IMG/VR virus record: IMGVR_UViG_3300028549_000989
Span: 1 to 39,112 of that record
DNA from: a virus
Length of the DNA stretch: 39,112 nt
Strand: one strand, 5' to 3'
A program made the translations under genes and the position numbers. Each line of letters opens with the position of its first letter. The first letter of the stretch is position 1. The notes under the pieces were generated by a model. The model did not search any database and was not told the origin of the DNA. It saw nothing but the letters and a program-made list of their open reading frames with translations. This document shows, piece by piece, positions 7,989 through 17,549 of the stretch.

Positions 7989-8395
7989 TGATTAAGGAAT
8001 ACACTGTAAGTGTTCCTATGATGATTGAATTAGGGACAAAGAAAAAGACAAAGTATTATCTTAATATGAACATATTTAGAAACACACCAGGCGTTGTAAA
8101 TAATCAATTAAAGAGAGCATTTAAGGAAGCGGTAAAAGATTTATTTCCAGAGGATGTATTCTATAAAAGATTCACGTTAGAGTATAAAGTGTTCTTTCCA
8201 AACAAAATGAAAAGAGACATAAACAACGTTTGTGCTATCGTGGATAAGTTCTTTGCGGATGCCTTAGTAGAAACAGGACACGCTCCTGATGACAATTATG
8301 AGCATCTTCCAATGGTTACATATATCTTTGGAGGAATAGCAAAGGATGAAGGACACGTAGAGGTAACTGTTAAAGAATTATTAGAGGAGGCATAA
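7988..8395 (+). CDS. RusA-family Holliday-junction resolvase
   Basis: KRDINNVCAIVDKFFADALVETGHAPDDNYE matches the RusA core [27 protein letters not shown]. It has RusA-like size and C-terminal end. Confidence 0.7.
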   Translation: MIKEYTVSVPMMIELGTKKKTKYYLNMNIFRNTPGVVNNQLKRAFKEAVKDLFPEDVFYKRFTLEYKVFFPNKMKRDINNVCAIVDKFFADALVETGHAPDDNYEHLPMVTYIFGGIAKDEGHVEVTVKELLEEA

Positions 8396-8396
8396 G

Positions 8397-10061
8397 ATGT
8401 CAGAAGGTGGAGGAAGTTTTGTAAGGCACATAGAGTGCCATGCTTGTGGAAGTTCAGATGCAAATGCATTATATGATACAGGAGATACTTATTGTTTCTC
8501 TTGTCATAAATTAGTAAAAGGAGGAAAGATAGTGAGTAACGGAGGAGATATATTTGAAGATACAACAATTAAAAAGGTGTTTAATCCAGTAGAAGTTATG
8601 CATATGGAGAAGAATGTAAGAGGAATATCCTTAGATACATTTAAAAGATATGGTTATGGACGTGGAGAGAATGATTGTCATATAATAAATCACTATAACA
8701 AAAAGAATGAATTAATAGCTCAGAAGATGCGGTATAAAGCAAAAGAGTTTTCTTGGAAAGGGAATGCTAAAAGTGCTGTTCCATTTGGTTTAAATTTGTT
8801 TAGAAGTGGTGGTAAAAGAATAACAATAACAGAGGGTGAAATAGATTGTCTAAGTGTTGCGGAAGCATTGAAATGTCAATGGCCAGTAATAAGTATCAAT
8901 AACGGAGCACAAAGTGCTGTTAAAGATTTAAAAGAACATATAGATGTATTAAATACATATGATGAGATTGTATTATGGTTTGATAATGATGAACCAGGAC
9001 ATAAGGCTGCTAAGGAAGTTGCTGGATTGTTTCCATTGGGAAAGGTAAGTATTATAAATTGTGCTCCATATAAAGATGCTAATGAAGTTTTAAAAGATAA
9101 AGGTAAAGCAGGCATTATGCAATATTATTATGAAGCAAAGAAATACAGACCAGATGGTATCGTTAGTGGTGCTTCTTTGGATTTTGATGAAATTATTAAC
9201 TTAGACTCTACAAGAGGTTATTCAATGCCTTATCCACAACTTAATAGAAAGTTAAGAGGTCTTAGAAAAGGAGAACTTATAACATTCACCGCAGGAACAG
9301 GAATGGGTAAAACGACAGCCGTTAGAGAGATTGCTTTTGATTTGTTAAAGAATCAAGGATTGAAAATTGGATGGGTAGCATTAGAAGAAAACAATAAAAG
9401 GTCAGCGTTAGGTTTCATGAGTTTGTATCTTGACAAGCCTATTTATATGACAGAAGAAAGAGAACAAATGCCAACAGAACTTTTAAAAGAAGCATTTGAT
9501 GCTATAATAAATACAGATAATTTATATTTCTTTGACCATTTTGGGAGCCTTGATAGTAATAATTTAATAACTAAACTTAGATACTTAGCAGTAGCAGCAC
9601 AAGTTGATTTCATTTTCTTAGACCATATAAGCATAGTTGTAAGTGGTGGCGTTGAAGATAACAATGAAAGAATTGTTATAGATAATCTTATGACAGCATT
9701 AAGAAGTTTAGCAGAAGAAACTGGTGTAGGTATTGGAATTATATCACATCTTAAAAGACCAAGTAGTGATAAAGGCTTTGAAAATGGAGCAGAAGTAACA
9801 CTAAGTCATTTAAGAGGTTCAGGTGGTATAGCACAATTAAGTGATGCTGTTGTAGCATTAGAAAGAAATCAACAAGACAAAGAAGATAATACAGTAGGAC
9901 GTATAAGAATACTTAAAAATAGATATACAGGAGAGACAGGGTTGGCTGGTAATGTAAAATATTATACAGAAACAGGAAGATTATTAAATTATGATTTAGA
10001 AGACCAAGACGCTAATAATAATCCATTTAATAATTCAGCAGAACACGATGACGATTTTTAG
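8397..10061 (+). CDS. Bifunctional DNA primase-helicase (T7 gp4-like)
   Basis: Cys4 zinc motif CHACG..CFSCH; TOPRIM ITEGEIDCLS and WFDNDEPG; Walker A GTGMGKTT; Walker B FIFLDHIS; RGSGGIAQ. Acidic C-terminus ends HDDDF. Confidence 0.95.
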   Translation: MSEGGGSFVRHIECHACGSSDANALYDTGDTYCFSCHKLVKGGKIVSNGGDIFEDTTIKKVFNPVEVMHMEKNVRGISLDTFKRYGYGRGENDCHIINHYNKKNELIAQKMRYKAKEFSWKGNAKSAVPFGLNLFRSGGKRITITEGEIDCLSVAEALKCQWPVISINNGAQSAVKDLKEHIDVLNTYDEIVLWFDNDEPGHKAAKEVAGLFPLGKVSIINCAPYKDANEVLKDKGKAGIMQYYYEAKKYRPDGIVSGASLDFDEIINLDSTRGYSMPYPQLNRKLRGLRKGELITFTAGTGMGKTTAVREIAFDLLKNQGLKIGWVALEENNKRSALGFMSLYLDKPIYMTEEREQMPTELLKEAFDAIINTDNLYFFDHFGSLDSNNLITKLRYLAVAAQVDFIFLDHISIVVSGGVEDNNERIVIDNLMTALRSLAEETGVGIGIISHLKRPSSDKGFENGAEVTLSHLRGSGGIAQLSDAVVALERNQQDKEDNTVGRIRILKNRYTGETGLAGNVKYYTETGRLLNYDLEDQDANNNPFNNSAEHDDDF

Positions 10062-10072
10062 GAGGATATAAA

Positions 10073-11824
10073 ATGGAAATACCAAAACACACAAAACAAA
10101 TAATATTTGACATAGAAACAAATGGATTGTTACTAAATGTAACTAAGATGTGGGTAGGTGTTACATATTGTATTGAAGAGAAACTTAAAAGAGTATTCTA
10201 TGACCCAAAAGAACTTACAAAGTATCTTATAGAAGACACAGAAGCACTCCTTATAGGACACAATATCCGTGGCTATGATATACCTGCCTTAGAGAAACTA
10301 ACAGGGATACCTATAAAGAATCAAGTAATAGATACATTAACATTAGCAAAACTTGTATTCTATGATAAGAGCAAAGACTGGTCACATTCATTAGATGCTT
10401 ATGGACAACGTTTAAAGTTTCCAAAAGGACACCATAGTGATTGGACAAAGTATAGTACAGAGATGGAAACTTATTGTGTTCAAGACGTAAGAGTTACAAA
10501 GCGTCTTTATGAACTTCTATTAAAGGAATCTGAATGGCTTCCTTGGGAAGCATTAAATGTAGAGCAAGAAGTACAAAGAATCATTACAAAGCAATATATG
10601 AATGGTTGGACATTTGATATAAAGAATGCTAAGAAACTTCATATAGAACTTGTAAAGGAAAAAGAAGAAGCAGAGAAAGAATTATTTAAAGTATTCAAGC
10701 CAATGCTTATCCCAAAAGGAAAAATTAAAGTTCCTTCAAAGCCTTTTACAAGACTTAAAGTGACTACTGTTGGAGCACATCAACCAATAGAACTTACAGA
10801 GTTTAATCCAGGAAGCGGTAATCATATAGTGCTTTGGATTGATAGACTCTTTGGAGAACAAGATTGGAGACCAACTGAAAAGGGTGCTCCAAAGACAGAT
10901 GCAGAAACACTAATAGATATGTTTAGTGATTATGAATGGGCATCTCCATTGCTTCATTATATGGAAGTAAATAAACTATTAGGGCAACTAGCAGAGGGCG
11001 ATAAGGCTTGGCTTAAATTGGTCAATTATGACACATCTAAGATACATCATTCAGTGGATATCTTAGGAACCAATACAGGAAGAGCCACACATACTAATCC
11101 TAACTTAGCACAGGTGCCTGCTGCTAATAAAGCATATATGGGAGCAGAATGTAGAGCCTTATTTACTGTTCCAAAAGATAAAGTTCTGGTAGGATGTGAC
11201 CTTTCAGGAGTTGAATTAAGATGTTTAGCACATTATATGGGTAAGTATGATAATGGTGAATATGCTAAGATAATTCTTGAAGGTGATATCCATACTGCTA
11301 ATCAACAAGCAGCAGGATTAGACACCAGAAGTCAGGCAAAAACAATGGTATATTGTTATCTTTATGGTGGAGGAGATGCTAAATTAGGTGCTGTTGTAAA
11401 TGGTGCTAAAAAAGAAGGTAAAAAAATTAGAGATAAACTTGAAAGTAACTTACCAGCATTAGGTATTTTAATTAAAAAAGTTAAACAATCTTCTAAAAAA
11501 GGATATCTTGTAGGTATAACAGGAAGACGTTTAAAAATACGTAGCGAACACAGTGCTTTAAATGTATTATTACAATCATTAGGTGCTTATATAAGTAAAT
11601 ATTGGATGATAAAAGCACATCAACTATTTGAAGAAGAAAATATAAACTTAAAACAGTTATTATGGTGTCACGATGAATTGCAAGTAGAATGTGATAAAAA
11701 AGATGAAGAAAGAGTTAAGGTGATACTACAAGTATCAGCAACAATAGCATCAGAAGAAATAGGTATAAGAATGCGTATAGATGCTGAAAGTAAATCAGGG
11801 AAAACTTGGTATGATTGTCATTAA
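10073..11824 (+). CDS. Family-A DNA polymerase with 3'-5' exonuclease (T7 gp5-like, short form, 583 aa)
   Basis: Exo I FDIETNGL, Exo II GHNIRGYDIPAL, Exo III YCVQDV. Pol motif A DLSGVELRCLAH, motif B RSQAKTMVYCYLYGGG, motif C WCHDELQVE. Confidence 0.95.
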   Translation: MEIPKHTKQIIFDIETNGLLLNVTKMWVGVTYCIEEKLKRVFYDPKELTKYLIEDTEALLIGHNIRGYDIPALEKLTGIPIKNQVIDTLTLAKLVFYDKSKDWSHSLDAYGQRLKFPKGHHSDWTKYSTEMETYCVQDVRVTKRLYELLLKESEWLPWEALNVEQEVQRIITKQYMNGWTFDIKNAKKLHIELVKEKEEAEKELFKVFKPMLIPKGKIKVPSKPFTRLKVTTVGAHQPIELTEFNPGSGNHIVLWIDRLFGEQDWRPTEKGAPKTDAETLIDMFSDYEWASPLLHYMEVNKLLGQLAEGDKAWLKLVNYDTSKIHHSVDILGTNTGRATHTNPNLAQVPAANKAYMGAECRALFTVPKDKVLVGCDLSGVELRCLAHYMGKYDNGEYAKIILEGDIHTANQQAAGLDTRSQAKTMVYCYLYGGGDAKLGAVVNGAKKEGKKIRDKLESNLPALGILIKKVKQSSKKGYLVGITGRRLKIRSEHSALNVLLQSLGAYISKYWMIKAHQLFEEENINLKQLLWCHDELQVECDKKDEERVKVILQVSATIASEEIGIRMRIDAESKSGKTWYDCH

Positions 11825-11836
11825 AGGAGGAAAGCA

Positions 11837-12007
11837 ATGCATAAATATAAAACATTTTGGATAGAACAATATGAAGGAACCATAAAAGAATATTATTATG
11901 AGTATGAATGTGATAAGGAGTATCTATTTTTTATCTATTTAAAGCATCTTAAAAATAATAATCCTTATATGATATTAAATAAATATACAAAGGAGAAACT
12001 TAAATGA
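11837..12007 (+). CDS. Small hypothetical protein (56 aa)
   Basis: AAAGGAGGAAAGCA RBS. The stop overlaps the next start (ATGA). Confidence 0.4.
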   Translation: MHKYKTFWIEQYEGTIKEYYYEYECDKEYLFFIYLKHLKNNNPYMILNKYTKEKLK

Positions 12008-12330
12008 ATATAAAAGATAAAAAGACTTCTTGTATGAAGACATATCAGAAGGAATGGAGAGAAGCAAATAAGGATGTTGTTATAGGGCACCGTGTAAGGC
12101 ACCGTTATGGAATAACAATAGATGAATATAAGGATGCTATGAGTAGTAGCCATTGTTGTGAAATATGTGGAGCAGAAGAAAATCTTTGTTATGACCACGA
12201 CCACACAACAGGAGCATTTAGAGGTGTCTTATGTAGAACTTGTAATACAGCAATAGGAACATTAGGTGATACAATACAAGGGCTTAATATGGCTATATTG
12301 TATCTTAAAAGACATTATAACAAAACATAA
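12004..12330 (+). CDS. HNH endonuclease, endonuclease VII family
   Basis: CEICGAEENLCYDHDHTTGAFRGVLCRTCNTAIG matches the CxxC..DHDHxTGxxRGxLCxxCNxxxG signature. Confidence 0.85.
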   Translation: MNIKDKKTSCMKTYQKEWREANKDVVIGHRVRHRYGITIDEYKDAMSSSHCCEICGAEENLCYDHDHTTGAFRGVLCRTCNTAIGTLGDTIQGLNMAILYLKRHYNKT

Positions 12331-12344
12331 GGAGGAAAAACAAA

Positions 12345-12761
12345 ATGACAACGTTAATAGAAACAATAAAGGATAATAGTAAATGGGTGTATGCTTCTAA
12401 TAGTGAAGTATATGAAGCATTAGTAGGAGCATCTGATGAATATATGCTTGCTTTTTTAAGCACAATACACGATAAGTATGGTAATCTTACAGAGGAACAA
12501 GCAAGAGAGTTAGAACAAGAAATATATACATATACATTAACAGAAAGCTTTCAAAGAGCATTTAAAGTAAATCAAATAAAAGGCTTATTAAGTTCTGTTG
12601 AAGTATCAGTTAAAGGTATCTTGTATCTTTTAGAGGGCAGTGAAAGACATACTGAGGATGCACTTAATATGATGCTTTCAACGATTGAATTAGATTATGA
12701 TAAAGATACATTTAAGGATTTGCTTAATAGAGTATTAGTGGATTTAGAGAAAAAACTATAA
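12345..12761 (+). CDS. Hypothetical protein
   Basis: AAGGAGGAAAAACAAA RBS; acidic helical protein. Confidence 0.6.
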   Translation: MTTLIETIKDNSKWVYASNSEVYEALVGASDEYMLAFLSTIHDKYGNLTEEQARELEQEIYTYTLTESFQRAFKVNQIKGLLSSVEVSVKGILYLLEGSERHTEDALNMMLSTIELDYDKDTFKDLLNRVLVDLEKKL

Positions 12762-12783
12762 AAAAATTTGGAGGAAACATAAA

Positions 12784-13464
12784 ATGAGTAAAAGAATAGA
12801 GAAGTTGTTAATATCAACTTATAGAGACAAAGGAACAACATTTAGTGCTTCACAATTGACAAAGAATGATTATCAATTATGGGTTGAATATAATGCTCCA
12901 AAAGAAGAAAGAGAGACCTTAACGAGCTTTAAAAGCTACTTAGGAAGTGCTTTACATTTATCATTTGAACAACAAGAGTTTCCAGGTGTAGTTCAAGAAT
13001 TCACTTGGACAAAGAACTTTAATGGAGTATCTATTGGAGGAACGTGTGATAGATTAGATTATATTGAAGATAGAAACATTTGGCAGTTAGGTGATTATAA
13101 ATTAAAAGGTGATTACTCTTATAGAAAATTTGTTGAAGGAGATACAGAAAAAGAAGTACTTCAATTATCAATTTATAGATGGCTTTTTAAAGGTTTATTT
13201 AATATTGCTGATGATGCTATTATATTCTTATTTATGTCTGGACATACAAAAAGAAGTAAATATCCAGAGTATCAAGAATTTGATATAACACTACTTGAAG
13301 ATGATGTAATTGAAAGATACATAAAAGATAAGATAGATATTGTTACTTCACCAGAAATTCCAACAATGGATTGTGATACTAACTGGCAATGTGATTATTG
13401 TAATGTATGTAATTCTTGTCCTTATTTAAAAGAAAAAAGAGGCGGGTTTAGTGATGAAAGTTAG
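12784..13464 (+). CDS. PD-(D/E)XK nuclease of RecB/Cas4 type with C-terminal Cys cluster (occupies the T7 gene 6 position)
   Basis: CDRLDY ... GDYKLKG (D..DxK), QLSIY (QxxxY motif), C-terminal CDTNWQCDYCNVCNSC. Confidence 0.7.
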   Translation: MSKRIEKLLISTYRDKGTTFSASQLTKNDYQLWVEYNAPKEERETLTSFKSYLGSALHLSFEQQEFPGVVQEFTWTKNFNGVSIGGTCDRLDYIEDRNIWQLGDYKLKGDYSYRKFVEGDTEKEVLQLSIYRWLFKGLFNIADDAIIFLFMSGHTKRSKYPEYQEFDITLLEDDVIERYIKDKIDIVTSPEIPTMDCDTNWQCDYCNVCNSCPYLKEKRGGFSDES

Positions 13465-13498
13465 TTTATGCTATAAGTCACAACCTAAGATAATAAAT
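13464..13498 (+). promoter_or_regulatory. Putative phage-RNAP promoter, copy b, filling the 38-nt spacer after the nuclease gene
   Basis: 35 nt identical to 34940-34974. Starts on the last base of the upstream stop codon. Position is analogous to T7 phi6.5. Confidence 0.55.
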
Positions 13499-13517
13499 CA
13501 AAATGAGGTCGCTTATA

Positions 13518-13694
13518 ATGAATAAATATGAAATAGATAAGATACCAAGCACAACATTAGATTTAATAAGATATCTGGAAGAATTATATCCAGATACATA
13601 TAATACAAATCCTACTTATGTAGGAACACCAGAATTCTGGAAAGAAGCTGGTAAAATTGAGCTTATAAGAATGCTTAAAGAAAAAATACAATAA
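13518..13694 (+). CDS. Hypothetical protein (track start 13503; ATG 13518 preferred)
   Basis: GAGG at 13505-13508 sits 9 nt before ATG 13518. Confidence 0.45.
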   Translation: MNKYEIDKIPSTTLDLIRYLEELYPDTYNTNPTYVGTPEFWKEAGKIELIRMLKEKIQ

Positions 13695-13706
13695 GGAGGT
13701 ATAACA

Positions 13707-14045
13707 ATGACATCTGGATATATTGCTGGATACAATCCATTCACTGGTGCTGTAAATTATACAGACGATATAAGTCAAGCTTTGAAAGTATCTCCTGATA
13801 CTATGTCTCAAATGAATACACTACAAAGCCAAGCACAAAGTGAAGCTTTAAAGAAACTTCAATTGGACAAATTAAAGAAAGAAAAAGAGAAGGCTTTAAA
13901 AGCTATTTCTACAAATGGTGCTATTGGTACTTTTGATATAGAAGCACAAGATAAAATCTTACAAAGTATCCCTAAAAGATTTCTTGGAACAGGACAATAT
14001 GATGTGCCTTTAATGAATGCTAAGATAGCAGGAGGACAAATATAA
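13707..14045 (+). CDS. Hypothetical protein upstream of portal (possible minor virion protein)
   Basis: AAGGAGG RBS. The stop overlaps the portal start. Role inferred from position only. Confidence 0.5.
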   Translation: MTSGYIAGYNPFTGAVNYTDDISQALKVSPDTMSQMNTLQSQAQSEALKKLQLDKLKKEKEKALKAISTNGAIGTFDIEAQDKILQSIPKRFLGTGQYDVPLMNAKIAGGQI

Positions 14046-15565
14046 TGATACCTAATAAAGAAGACTTAAAAAGTAAATATGGAAATGCTTCCGATATATG
14101 GACTAAATTAGATAACGAAAAAGGAGCTGGTAAAACTGAAATGTGGCGTAGATGTGCTTCTTTAACGCTTCCTTATTTGTGTCCTCCAAGTGGGCATAAT
14201 GAGAATACAGAATTGTACTATCCATACAACAGTATAGGAACATATGCTACAAATACTTTATCAAGTAAGCTTTCAAGTGCTCTTATACCGACAACTGGAA
14301 AGTTTTTTAGATTGCTTCCATTTGATGAAAAGATTGAAGGATTAGCAAAAGAAGACTTACAAGAGCTTGAAAAGGAACTATCACAGATAGAGAACAATGT
14401 AATATCTTTAATAGGCATACAAGGATTAACAGCATCTTTAACAGAAGCTGTAAAGTTACTAATAGTAACAGGTAATGCTTTAATACATAAGATTAAAGGA
14501 AAATCTTTTAAAGTATATAATCCGTTAGATTATTGTGTTGAAAGAGACTATGCTGGAAATATTATGACAATAATTATAAAAGAAGTTATTGATGCAAGAA
14601 TATTAGGTGAAGAATTTATAGATAAAAATAGAAAAGAACAAGCAGAAGAAGATGAAATAGATATTTATACTTGTATATATAGGTTAGATAAGAATAACTA
14701 TATCTTATATCAAGAAGTAGATGATAAAATTATTGAAAAAACAATTAAAGCATACAAAACAGATTTAATGCCTTTCATAGCACTTAGATGGAATGCTTTA
14801 CATAATGAAGATTATGGACGTGGCTTAGTTGAACAACACTTAGGTGATTTAGTAAGCTTAGAAAATCTTCAAAGAATTATCATTGAAGGAGCAGCATCAT
14901 CTGCTAAAATTGTATATGGTCTTAAAAAAGGTGCTACATTAAAAGCAAAAGATTTAGAGAATGCAAGAAATGGAGATGTTGTATTAGGAGACTTTGGAGG
15001 AGCAAATCCAGATGTTACTGTATTACAATCTAATAAAAGTAACGATTTAATTGTACCATTACAACTTATACAAGACCTTAAACAGAATATTGGTAAAGCA
15101 TTTCTAATGTTTTCAAGTTCTGTTAGAGACAGTGAAAGAACAACAATGGCTGAGATAAGAGAAACAACTGCTGAATTAGATGCTGCATTTGGAGGAACAT
15201 TTAGTGTATTAGCTAATGAACTTCAAATACCATTAGTAAGATTGCTTTTAAATGAAATCAATCCAGAAGTATTAGAATTAACAACACCAAGTATTATAAC
15301 AACTGCTAACTCTGTATCAAGAGAAAAAGATATACAAAATCTTCAATTCTTCTTACAAAGCATAGCACAGTTTGGTCCTGACTTTATACAAGCAAATCTT
15401 AAAATAGATTCTTATTTGAAAGAATTAGCAACAGCAATAGGTATAGATGCTACAAAAATTGTAAAAACAGCACAAGAGAAACAAGTAGAGCAACAAGCTC
15501 TTATGGAACAACAAGCACAGTTACAGGCACAGGAAACAATGCCTACTGAGCAACAACCACAATAA
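14045..15565 (+). CDS. Portal (head-tail connector, T7 gp8-like)
   Basis: 506 aa with a Q-rich C-terminus. Size and position (before scaffold and capsid) match T7 gp8. No motif-level confirmation was possible by eye. Confidence 0.75.
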   Translation: MIPNKEDLKSKYGNASDIWTKLDNEKGAGKTEMWRRCASLTLPYLCPPSGHNENTELYYPYNSIGTYATNTLSSKLSSALIPTTGKFFRLLPFDEKIEGLAKEDLQELEKELSQIENNVISLIGIQGLTASLTEAVKLLIVTGNALIHKIKGKSFKVYNPLDYCVERDYAGNIMTIIIKEVIDARILGEEFIDKNRKEQAEEDEIDIYTCIYRLDKNNYILYQEVDDKIIEKTIKAYKTDLMPFIALRWNALHNEDYGRGLVEQHLGDLVSLENLQRIIIEGAASSAKIVYGLKKGATLKAKDLENARNGDVVLGDFGGANPDVTVLQSNKSNDLIVPLQLIQDLKQNIGKAFLMFSSSVRDSERTTMAEIRETTAELDAAFGGTFSVLANELQIPLVRLLLNEINPEVLELTTPSIITTANSVSREKDIQNLQFFLQSIAQFGPDFIQANLKIDSYLKELATAIGIDATKIVKTAQEKQVEQQALMEQQAQLQAQETMPTEQQPQ

Positions 15566-15586
15566 ACATTAAGGAGGAAAACAAAA

Positions 15587-15799
15587 ATGTTAATAGAAAC
15601 AGGTATAGAAAATCACGAGAGAGTAATTAAGGAAACACAAGAAGCAACAATAGCAACATTAGAAGTAGAAGCAGTAGCAGAAGCTAATGAAGAAGTTATT
15701 GAAGAAGCAGGTGTAGAAACAATTGAAGAAGCTATTGAAGAAATCATAGAAGAAGCTATTGAAGAAACAGTTAAAGTAACTAAAAAGAAAGCTAAATAA
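15587..15799 (+). CDS. Highly acidic repeat protein (EEAIEE repeats, basic KKKAK tail)
   Basis: AAGGAGGAAAACAAAA RBS; in-frame GAAGAAGCTATTGAAGAA repeats. T7 has no gene at this position. Confidence 0.5.
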   Translation: MLIETGIENHERVIKETQEATIATLEVEAVAEANEEVIEEAGVETIEEAIEEIIEEAIEETVKVTKKKAK

Positions 15800-15810
15800 G
15801 AGGTCTTATT

Positions 15811-16494
15811 ATGGATGAAACATTAACAACACAAGTACAAGAAGAAAACTTAGAAAATGTTGTATTAGAATCTGAAAAGGAAACGTTTAATGTTTCCCAA
15901 GATGACCTTTTAAATGCTTATAAAGAGTTACAAGCATTAAAAGCAACTAATACAGACACAAATAAAGAAACTTTAAGTGAAGATACAATAACAAAAATAA
16001 CAGATATAGTGAAAGCTAATAACGGTGTATTAAATGAAACTGATTATGCTTCTTTTAAAGAGCAAGGATATTCAAAAGATTTTATAGATACATACATAGA
16101 AGGAATAAAATCAAAAGAAACAGAAGCATTTAAGACTCTTTTAAGCCCTTATGGTTCATTAGAAGATTATGCTGATGCTGTTGTATATGTTCAAAATAAT
16201 TGGACAGAAGCACAAATAAATGCTTATAATAAGGCTATAAATAGTGGTGATGAAGACATAAGAAGCTTTGCTATACAAAGCATTATGGGAACTGTTAAAG
16301 GTTCTAAAAAAGAAACAAAAGAAGAGAACACAATGATAACAGATACAAGACCTTCAAGAGGTTCTTTTAAAGGTTATGAAACGCAATCTGATATGATTAA
16401 GGACATGAGAAGTCCTAAATATGGTAAAGATGTAGCATATACAAGAAAAGTAGAGGAGCGTATGGCTCTTACAGATTTATCAGCATTCAATTAA
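15811..16494 (+). CDS. Scaffolding protein (T7 gp9-like, by position and composition)
   Basis: 227 aa, acidic and likely helical, immediately upstream of the major capsid gene. Confidence 0.6.
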   Translation: MDETLTTQVQEENLENVVLESEKETFNVSQDDLLNAYKELQALKATNTDTNKETLSEDTITKITDIVKANNGVLNETDYASFKEQGYSKDFIDTYIEGIKSKETEAFKTLLSPYGSLEDYADAVVYVQNNWTEAQINAYNKAINSGDEDIRSFAIQSIMGTVKGSKKETKEENTMITDTRPSRGSFKGYETQSDMIKDMRSPKYGKDVAYTRKVEERMALTDLSAFN

Positions 16495-16501
16495 GGATGC
16501 T

Positions 16502-16555
16502 TATGGGCAGTCAAGTCTTACCTTGTCTGGTGTCTGCCCATAGTTCCAGACAGGG
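16502..16555 (+). promoter_or_regulatory. GC-rich interleaved double stem (pseudoknot-type topology) in the capsid 5' UTR
   Basis: TATGGGCAG (16502-10) pairs with CTGCCCATA (16534-42). CCTTGTCTGG (16521-30) pairs with CCAGACAGGG (16546-55, one G-U). Confidence 0.5.
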
Positions 16556-16613
16556 TATTACTTAAAACAGTCCAAGAGACTATAAATAATACAAATATAA
16601 GAGGTATATAAAA

Positions 16614-17549
16614 ATGGCATTCAATGTAACATTTCCAGGACAAAACGCAAACACTGGTGATACAAGAGCAAAATTCTTAACAATTTTCACAGGTGAAGTT
16701 ATGGCAGCATTCGCTTCAAGCAACATCGGTATGAATACTGTTAAAGTTAATACAATTTCAGGTGGTAAAACTGCACAATTCATCGTAACAGGTAAATTCA
16801 GTGATTCTGATGTATTATCACACACACCAGGTGCAGACGTAGTAACAACTGCTTTAAATACAAATGAAAAACAAATTACAATCACAGATAAATTCTACTT
16901 TGCTTCTTTCTTAGATAAATTAGAAGAAAAATTATCTCAATTCTCTATCAGAGGTTCTATTGCAAAAGAACACGGTGAAGTTCTTGCTAAGAAAATTGAT
17001 AAAGCAATCTTCAAAGGAATCTATGATTCAAGATTAGTAGCACCAGTTGGTGGTCAAACAGCATCTGTTGTTGTAACAAATACTGTTATCGCTTCTGCTA
17101 CTACAAATGAAGCAAAAGGTGACGCTATCGTTGAATCTATCTTTGCTGCACAAGCTTCTTTGGATGCTAATGATGTTCCTGCTATGGACAGAGTATTTGT
17201 TACTAATCCTACAAGAAAATATCAAATTGTTCAATCTCAAAAAGCAATCAATAGAGATTTCAATGGTGGAGATAATGGTTCTATATCTTCTGGTAACGTT
17301 ATGAATATCGCTGGTGTATCTATATTAGCATCTAATAACTTACCAACATTAGAATCTGATGGAACAACTGCTACTAACTTAGTAGGATTGTTATATACAC
17401 CAGAAGTTTATGGAGTTGCAAAAGCAATGGATATCACTTCTGAGTCTAACTATATACCAGAGAAATTAGGAGACTTATTAGTTTCTTACTATGCTCTTGG
17501 TATGGGAACACTTAATCCTGCTTGTTTAGCGGTTATCAAATCAGCTTAA
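16614..17549 (+). CDS. Major capsid protein (T7 gp10-like)
   Basis: N-terminal KFLTIFTGEVMAAF matches T7 gp10 LFLKVFGGEVLTAF. 311 aa; followed by a strong terminator. Confidence 0.9.
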   Translation: MAFNVTFPGQNANTGDTRAKFLTIFTGEVMAAFASSNIGMNTVKVNTISGGKTAQFIVTGKFSDSDVLSHTPGADVVTTALNTNEKQITITDKFYFASFLDKLEEKLSQFSIRGSIAKEHGEVLAKKIDKAIFKGIYDSRLVAPVGGQTASVVVTNTVIASATTNEAKGDAIVESIFAAQASLDANDVPAMDRVFVTNPTRKYQIVQSQKAINRDFNGGDNGSISSGNVMNIAGVSILASNNLPTLESDGTTATNLVGLLYTPEVYGVAKAMDITSESNYIPEKLGDLLVSYYALGMGTLNPACLAVIKSA

